Made by a program: the position numbers and the translations under genes. A stretch of 64,000 bases of DNA from Paraspadella gotoi (Eukaryota; Animalia; Chaetognatha), in contig CM119267.1 in assembly GCA_051294375.1 (NCBI GenBank), positions 9,470,863 through 9,534,862 of the forward strand, written 5' to 3'. Position 1 is the stretch's first letter. Each line of letters opens with the position of its first letter. Shown here piece after piece: positions 55,405 to 64,000 of the stretch. A model generated the notes under the pieces. The model made no database searches. It had not been told where the DNA came from and saw nothing but the letters and a program-made list of their open reading frames with translations.

Positions 55405-58400
55405 TCATCCTGGTAATTTTTTTGAAAATCTTCGTTTTTAAACTTTTTCTTCCTTTTATTCAGGGTTCCGTTTGTGTCTGTCTGTCTTTCTTTCNNNNNN
55501 NNNNTCTTTCTCTCTCTCTCTCTCTTATCGATCGATTCACCTTTCTATAGCACGTTCCAGTACGATTACCTCATGGACTACGTGGGCATGATTACCCTGG
55601 GCATCACCGTCCTGGTCGTAGCCATTCCCGAGGGCCTCCCGCTGGCGGTCACCATCTCCCTCGCCTACTCCGTCAAGAAGGTCGCGATTGACGAAAATGC
55701 TTAAATCGTCTCCTCATTTTAAACAACGTTTCTGAGAGATTCAGTAAAAAAAAAAAAAAAATTAACATATTTTACCAAAAGGAAAAAGTACATGACTTTC
55801 CCGTTTAAAGTTCGTTACCTACATCAAAATCTCCGTCAGATGATCCACGACCACAACCTAGTGCGCCACTTGACCGCCTGCGAGACGATGGGCAACGCGA
55901 CGACGATTTGCTCCGACAAAACCGGGACTTTGACGACGAACCGAATGACCTGCGTCCAGTCGTACATCGGCGGGAAGCGGCACTTTCACCAGAAGGATGG
56001 TGCGCCGAGCGTGCCCGCCCTCGCGCAAATCATTTCTCAGGTTTTGTGGAAAGGGGTTGTTTTGTTTGTTTTTTGTTTGTTTTTTTTTTTTTGATGAGAT
56101 TTAAGTAAGAATTGAGTTTTGAATCGCGATGAAACATTACAATCGTGGTCAACTTTGACGGAAATTTTTTTTTGATTGTACGTATTTTATCATTCAATAA
56201 TCATCTGCCGGCGACTTTAGTCGATCGCCGTGAACAGCAGCTACTCGACCAACGTCAAGTTCGACGAAAAGAATCCATCCGCGCTTCCCGCTCAAATCGG
56301 CAACAAGACCGAGTGCGCCCTCCTCGGCTTCACGCGTCTTATCGGCGTCAAGTACCGAGAACTGAGGAAGGACGTGCCGGAATCAAAGTTCGTCAAAGGT
56401 GTGCGAGCGCCGAGAACGATATTAGGTTTTATCCTTTTTTTTTTGGTTATTGTATGGTTTGTTTTGGATTTTCTTAGCCGTATGACAAGTTTGAGCAAAC
56501 AATACCGGAACTGATCAGTTAATTAATTATTCAATCAATCAATTATTCAATCAATCAAAAAATTAATCAATCAATCAATTAGTCATCATCGGTTTATCGT
56601 TGTCGTGGTCGCCATCATCATCGTCGTTGTTTTGAGTTGTGACAAAACAATAACTCGATCCAAATAATTAATTAAATATCTTAATGAATAATTAAATTAA
56701 AAAATTAATTAATTCACTATTTAATTATCTTTATAACTATGTTAATTAATTAATTTAATTTTTTACCTTTTAACTAATTAAATTAATTAATTTATTTCCG
56801 CTTAATGATCGCGGGCAATCCGGCATTTGTTTGCTCAAACTTTTTTTTCCCTTTTCTTCCACAAAGTATACACCTTCAACTCGACTCCAAGTCAATGAGC
56901 CGTGATAACCCGCTGGGAACGCCTCACCCGGGAGTGTACTAGATTTTACCAAATATTCAATTACACCAGATGAAGGTCACATCATTATTATTAGTTCCTT
57001 TTTGTCTTAGAGACATTGCGGACTGAATAAACCTGAAAAAACTTGCCGGAAAGACCTCTCCAAGTTTCCAAGTATCAGTACTTTTGCGGTATTTTCTAGT
57101 TGATCGTAATCTTAATATGGAAATTAATTTAAAGGATTTTTTTAATAAAATAATGATTAAATCAATACCTTGATTTGATTTTAAAATATATTTTGATGGT
57201 AGACTTGTATATTTTTATTAAACCTTTTATTTAATAATTTTATTAATATAATAATATTATATAATATAAAACTCATTCATTAGTTTGTTATAAAATACTT
57301 ACTAAAAGTATTCCTAAATTTTAAGAATAAATATGTAAAAAAAAATATTAAGCAGTACTTACTGAAATAAAATCATAATACACAATATCTAAACTTTTAA
57401 AAACTAAAAGAAAATAAAAATGATTAAAATTTATTAATTATATCTTCATAACTTTTTCGAATTTTGAGCTCTTTATGGCTTAAATATAAAATTTCATGAC
57501 GCATTTTAATAGGTTCTTTTGTCTTTTAAAAAACTATTAAACTTGTTGCTAACACCTAAAAAAGCTTGCATACATGAGAAAGGATACTGTTCCAAAGTTC
57601 CTACATATAAACAACCATCCTTATTTTGTGCCAAAATGAACGCTTGAGAAAATGGCAAATTTAAATATTTCATTTAAGTTATTAAATGTTAGTAATAATA
57701 AGTTATCAGTAACTTTTACTGTCGATGCTTGGGGAGCAATTTTCAAATCATTATTCTCTAAGTTGGTGGGTAGGTTTCGCTTCTGTCAGTCTATTGATCT
57801 TAAATTTTAAATGTTCATAACTGTTTATGCTACATAATTTTAAATATATTTTTGGAGAATGTTGATAATACTATTATAAATGTTATTAGTGTCTGCAGTA
57901 TTATATAAAAAATTTCAATCATATGACTAACTTTTAACTATTAAATATAAATATCAATAATTTTGACAAAATGATGTACCTATTAAATGCATACTAAGGT
58001 TAATATAGTCAAACTTGTAGTATTTTTTTCATTATATTATTTTTTAGCCATAACAACAATTTTACATCAATCTAATAACGGTATCCTATACTTATTTGAC
58101 TCTTGCTCTTTCCGGTTCTTCATCCAGCTGGTTTGAACTCTCAATCAGAATTTTAGTTTCACAACATTGATTGGTTGTACGAGACGAACAGTTAAGAGAG
58201 AGAGAGAAATGAATGTTATCCAACAAGATATCTTAAGAAATGGATTAGATGAGAGACTCTCCAACAGACAATTACATGACATGAGGATCATTAGAAGAGA
58301 GGAGAGTGACATAATTTTATACTGGTAAAGAGAGAGGAAAAAAATCAACTACATTAGCAATTTGAGCTCTTTTCTTTACTTATTTTCCTTACTCTTATTC

Positions 58401-61400
58401 TATCCATTCCCTACCACTTATTCTATTCTACTTTCATTTTTACTTACAGCTACAACTTAATCTAAACTTCTATCTTACCTTTATAATATTTTAAAAATTT
58501 TTTTAGTTCTTAAAATATTAACTATTCCTATCTAAAATCTTATCCTTTTCGTATGTAATAATTGCCGCTTCTTATACTCACATACATGATTTTCTCTCCC
58601 TCTTTCTCTTTATCTTTCTCTCTTAATTCTCTAATTCTCTTTAAGCCTAGTTCAGAATTTATTCCACTCTCATCCTCCTCTCTACCTTCCCCTGATTCTA
58701 ACCTCAACCTATCCTCATTGACCACTACTTTTCTTCAATTCGCTCTTGTTGAGAATCTTATTGTCGAAACCCGAAAACTCTGTTCGTGTCTTAATACCCG
58801 TTGAACTACGCATCTCTCCCTAATAAACTATGATCCACACACCTCATCGCATTATTAACTAAAATCACTAAATGCTGATAATACAACGTATGTTTTCTTT
58901 TTATATTCACAAAACCTTTTACTAAATAAAGCTGTTCAACCACAATAATTAATGTTTCACTTGAATTCTAATTTGCTTTCAATCATCTGTTCTATTGTTA
59001 CTTCTGGATAATATCTTCCATTAAATATACGACATAAGACCTTAACACTCTCTGCAGTTTTTGCCAATTTACTCATTAATATTTACTTTCTTTTACTATT
59101 CAGATTCCTAATCAACACTTCAGTGCTTTCATAAGTTTCTTTTCTCTTCAACTTTTCTTCCTCTTTTTTTGTGTTTGTACATTTAAGAAAGATGTTTTTG
59201 ATGATTTTTCTGAAAACTATATCAATCATTCTGTTCACTTTAAGCTTATAGCCAGTCAACTTAAACGTGGAATCTGTGTAGTAATATTGCTTCATTTATC
59301 ATCCTATATAGTTTATAACATCCTAGTTTAACTTAGCAATAAATAAAAAATGCCTATCAGCTAGACCATATCTTGCAGCTACATCGTCTGTTATCCATAT
59401 TCCTTACAATTACTTTCTTACAAACAACGACACTCTCAGTCGTTTAACAACAACAGACTCTTACCCTTTGCATCACTCTAACATTTCTCCACCAAAAAGA
59501 AAATAATCGAACGAAGAAGAAAATTTTTGTTTACCTAACTATTTCCAGGTATAAATTTTTACATATACTTTCTTATTTATCTGCCATTTAATAAATCTAT
59601 ACAATGCCATACTAATTAAATAAATATTTCCCCCCTTTAGTTTTATTATGCTTGATACATATTCACAAACTTAATTGCAATAATTATGCAATCTAGCTAT
59701 CTAATAAAGGCAAGACAAGTAGATTCTAAATTTTTACTTCAATTTTTAGTAATACTGTTATTTTCAAATTTTGAATCTTTTTAAAACAATAAAAGCTTTA
59801 CAATTTCTTGAGAAACAAATTTACTCATGGCACAAATAGTTAGTAACTTGTGGCCACTTTTCCAAACACTTTTGATATTTACTAAAAGCAAGACTCAATC
59901 AGATTCTGAAAATATTATAATTTTAATCTAAATTTGACAGTTCTCATTGAATAAGCGCAAATCTTCAATCATAAAGAGTCAAAAATTTAAAAGTTATTGG
60001 AGAATATAAATTATACTTTTAAACATTTTTTTTTCTTTGTTTTTAAAGTTTAATATGGTATTTGATTTTATTTAGTAAGTACTGCCTAAAATTATCTTGT
60101 AATGATGTTATTTCTTCTATCAAAATTTAGAATAACTTTTAGTAATAATTCTATCAAAAAAACTATATTGATCATCTTATATATTTTATGATTTATATAA
60201 TATTATTTATTATAAATTTTTATTAAAAATAAAAGGTTTAATAAAGAAATCATAAGGTCTACATCAAAAATATATTTCAAAATCACAATCAGTATTATTA
60301 ATGCATCCTACTTTTAGTAAAAAATCTTTAAATTAATTTCACTTCATAAGATTACGATCACAAGAAAAAACCGCAAAAATACTCATTCACTAAACTCTGC
60401 CGACGAGTTCCTTCGGTCAATTTTTTCATGTTACTCAGTCCCAATGTCTTCTACTAGACAAAAAAGAACCTAACTAAAATGATCGTACCCTTCATCTGGT
60501 TAATTAAATAATTTGGGTAACTCTGGCTGATACCGTCCCCGAAAACGTTCAGAGGAAGGCAATTACGTTTCATTATCCGGACAACGCGTACATTTACAAC
60601 TCTTTCCCTTTTTTCTCCTGCCCGTACAGGTCACCCCGGATTCCGTCTCTACACGAAAGGCCCTCCGAAAAAGTCATCACGACCCGCTGCACAAGATCCT
60701 CACCGAAACCGGCGCTCTCGGATTCACGCCGCCAGAGGCCAAAAAGCTCGTCGACAACGTGATCGAAGCCCATCCTCGAGGACTCCGCACCATAGCATGG
60801 TACAAGACCCGACAAGGCACTCGCCAACTGGGACGACGAAGCCAGCGTGCTTTCCGGCCCACCCTGATCAGATTCCGGGATCGAAGACCCGTCCGTCCCG
60901 AAGTTCCCGCCCGCAATTCCAGTTCAGCAGGCGGCATAACGTCCGGCATTTGACGGCGACAACGTCAACACGGCTCGCGCCATCGCACCAAGCGCATCTG
61001 CCGAAGTATTCGGATTATGCGTCATGGAGAAAGCTCAACCGAAGCCGTCAAGACAAGGACGAAGATTCGTCAGCGACATCGGAAGAGAGAGTGGGAGAAA
61101 AAATCGGAGTCTACGAGCATTAAAATCCTTCTGGGCATCGTCTTACTCAACCCCAGACTGCCCATTCTTATTTTTTTTTTAGTTGGGACACATTTGCCCG
61201 ACTCTGCGAGTTTTAGCCAAGATCTGTCCCCAGGACAAGCGTACACCCTCGTCAAAGGGATCATCCAATCAAACGCTCCGGGAGTTTCCCGTCACGGTGA
61301 AGGCGACGGAACGTGATCGGGAAGGAGGCTATTAAAGAGAAAGGACATAAGGAAAAATTTGAAAAAAGATTTAAATATTTTTGAAATATTTATAACTTGT

Positions 61401-64000
61401 GGGAAACTTTAATGACATTTACGCGTTCAACCGTTAGAGGGTTGATTGTTTGTTAGGGCATCCTGCACTGGCCCCGGTGGCTTGAGAAGACAGGACCCTC
61501 TAACGTATAACCATTGTCTATTAACAACGTGCGCACAGGTTCCTGACCACACATGTCCCACAGTATAGGATCTGTGATATGAAAATTACACAACGAGAAC
61601 GGTTTACGCAACTCAGATCATTAGATCTCACACTCGAAATACTTCTATATATATAAACACGATTTGCTCATCAAACTGAAACGGCGAACAAGTATTGAAT
61701 GAAACAGTTTGAATATCATCATATTAAAATTAATCTGAATCCATCATGTCGAAATGTCATGAGTCTTTGGAGAATTCCTCTCTCCACAAATTCCTTTCCT
61801 TATCCATCACAACTACTCACTTGCCCTTGCTACTCTCCCATTCTCTCATGCTCTTGTGGACGCGTTTTGCTGTTCGTATCGTCTTCGTGATTCTGACATT
61901 CGCTCTTCCTCGTAACCATGAGCGCAAGAATACATCTACACTACAAAAGTCTCTAAATTTAAGAAAATTGTAGTCATTTCAAAGAATAAGCCTCTAACTG
62001 TTCTCTCTCTTAGGTTACCTCACCATATATCTAAATATTACTAATTAATATAGTACTAATATATTGGATAAGTATCCACTCTCAAGGCGACGGCCACCAC
62101 AGAACCCGTCCTGCTCGCGCGGCCACGTGCGATTCGCCCCCATGGGCATCGCTCGCACCGACGTGGCTAAACGACACCCATCATCCTTACAGACACCAAC
62201 TTCACCTCCATCTCAAGCCGTCATATGGACGCTAACGTGTCACACAGCTTCCAAGTCCTCTCTTTCACTCTACTACGTTCTCCGAACCTCGAATACTTGA
62301 AAGAGGCTTATAAAGAATAGACACTCTGGGAGAATTCTTTCCCTTCTTTTTTAGATTTTTCTCGCTTTCAATTACTTCTTCTATATACGTCCCTCCACCT
62401 AAGAATAACCGCACTCATTCACCTTTTTTATTCGTGCCTTAAACTCCCAATATTCTGCCCAATACTTACCCTTACTTCATAAACGTGGTCGCCAGTGATC
62501 CTGTCCCCGCCCTCTGCCCCAATTCCAAAGCGGACTGTCCATTGAAGCGATTCAAATGCTGTATGGTTAACTTGCTCATGACACGTTGCCTCGTTGGCGC
62601 TCGCGAACAGAAACTCCCCGACAGAGCGCTTCTAGCAAGCGTACGGGCGAAACAAAATCTCTCTTCTGNNNNNNNNNNNNNNNNNNNNNNNNNGAATTAA
62701 TTAATTAATTAATTCACCATTTAATTATGCTTTTTATAATATGTAATTAATTAAATAATTTTTTACTTTTTAACTAATTTAATCATTTCCGCTAATGATC
62801 GTGGGCAGATCCGGCATTGTTTGCNNNNNNNNNNNNNNNNNNNNNNNNNNNNNNNNNNNNNNNNNNNNNNNNNNNNNNNNNNNNNNNNNNNNNNNNNNNN
62901 NNNNNNNNNNNNNNNNNNNNNNNNNNNNNNNNNNNNNNNNNNNNNNNNNNNNNNNNNNNNNNNNNNNNNNNNNNNNNNNNNNNNNNNNNNNNNNNNNNNN
63001 NNNNNNNNNNNNNNNNNNNNNNNNNNNNNNNNNNNNNNNNNNNNNNNNNNNNNNNNNNNNNNNNNNNNNNNNNNNNNNNNNNNNNNNNNNNNNNNNNNNN
63101 NNNNNNNNTGCCCGTACAGGTCACCGCGCCGGATTCCGTCTCTACACGAAGGGCGCCTCCGAAGTCATCACGACCCGCTGCAGCAAGATCCTCACCGAAA
63201 CCGGCGGCTCCTCGGGATTTGACGCCGCCGAGGCCAAAAAGCTCGTCGACAACGTGATCGAGCCCATGGCCTCGGAGGGACTCCGCACCATAGGCATCGG
63301 GTACAAGGACCTCGACAAGGCTCCCAACTGGGACGACGAAGCCAGCGTGCTTTCCGGCCTCACCCTGATCATGATTGCCGGGATCGAAGATCCCGTCCGT
63401 CCCGAAGTCCCGCCCGCAATTCGCAAGTGTCAGCAGGCGGGCATAACTGTCCGCATGGTGACGGNNNNNNNNNNCAACACGGCCCGCGCCATCGCCACCA
63501 AGTGCGGCATCTTGGCGAAGGATTCGGATTATGTCGTCATGGAGGGAAAGGCCTTCAACGAAGCCGTCAAGGACAAGGACGGGAAGATTCGGCAGGACAA
63601 GGTCGGAAGGAGAGATGGGAGGGAGAAAATTGGAGTCAACGATTAAAATCTTCGGCATCTCTCCAACCGCGACCGCCATTTATTTTTTTTAGGTGGACGA
63701 CATTTGGCCGACTCTGCGAGTTCTAGCAAGATCTTCCCCCGAGGACAAGTACACCCTCGTCAAAGGGATCATCAAGTCGAAGACGCGTCCGGGGGAGGTC
63801 GTCGCCGTCACGGGTGAAGGGGGGCGACGGGAAGCGTGATCGGGGAAGGGGTATTAAAAGAAGAAAGGGACGAATAAGGAGAAAATTTGAAAAAAGATTT
63901 AAATTATTTGAAATATTTTATAACTTGGGGGAAACTTTAATGACATTTACGCGTTCAACCGTTAGAGGGTGATTGTTGTGGGCGATGCCGGCGGGCGCCG
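50586..64000 (+). CDS. PMCA: Plasma-membrane Ca2+-ATPase (PMCA/ATP2B), multi-exon, 3'-truncated; start approximate
   Basis: [71 protein letters not shown], phosphorylation motif [61 protein letters not shown]. The 5' region and duplicate blocks carry indels. Confidence 0.92.
52725..54587 (+). other. Indel-rich duplicate of PMCA segment 54613-56420 (probable assembly artifact)
   Basis: Collinear copy of exons and introns with scattered 1-2 nt indels, ending at a 25-N gap after which the clean copy begins. Confidence 0.8.
56700..62668 (+). other. Indel-rich duplicate of PMCA segment starting at 62694 (probable assembly artifact)
   Basis: 56700-56834 matches 62694-62824 and 60619-61450 matches 63109-63980. 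Degraded FAMGIA..DVAK and QML.VNLLMDT exons follow. Ends at a second 25-N gap. Confidence 0.8.
56929..60540. mobile_element. ~3.6-kb AT-rich element with very long terminal inverted repeats (foldback/MULE-like)
   Basis: Arms are reverse complements over at least 700 bp: ttaccaaatattcaattacaccagatgaagg / ccttcatctggttaattaaataatttgggtaa; ttttgcggt..gatcgtaatctta / taagattacgatc..accgcaaaa; gcagtacttact / agtaagtactgc; ttgtgcca / tggcacaa. Confidence 0.65.

Overview
Animal (invertebrate) nuclear DNA with GC/CpG-rich exons and AT-rich GT-AG introns; the taxon cannot be assigned from this window. From 1 to 38.3 kb, nine genes lie in tandem on the + strand: CACHD1 (3' part), EXOSC2/RRP4, TTC37/SKI3, boule, a 183-aa orphan ORF, a catalytically intact Piwi, group XII phospholipase A2, a divergent intronless TRF2/TBPL1-like factor and coronin. 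Several spacers are only 66-252 bp, and a splice acceptor lies shortly upstream of most start codons. The best candidate for a new system is therefore an operon-like germline/RNA-surveillance cluster, in which EXOSC2 and SKI3 may share one transcription unit. Coronin has two duplicated alternative coiled-coil tail exons. Its introns hold twin 31-bp minisatellite arrays, MITEs and Helentron-like (HINE) elements. On the - strand are a smoothelin-like CH-domain gene and an intronless 982-aa PTB-like protein. From about 50.6 kb there is a plasma-membrane Ca-ATPase gene with two indel-ridden duplicate segments, most likely long-read gap-fill artifacts; one contains a ~3.6-kb long-inverted-repeat element. 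All calls come from manual reading and remembered family motifs; no database searches were run.
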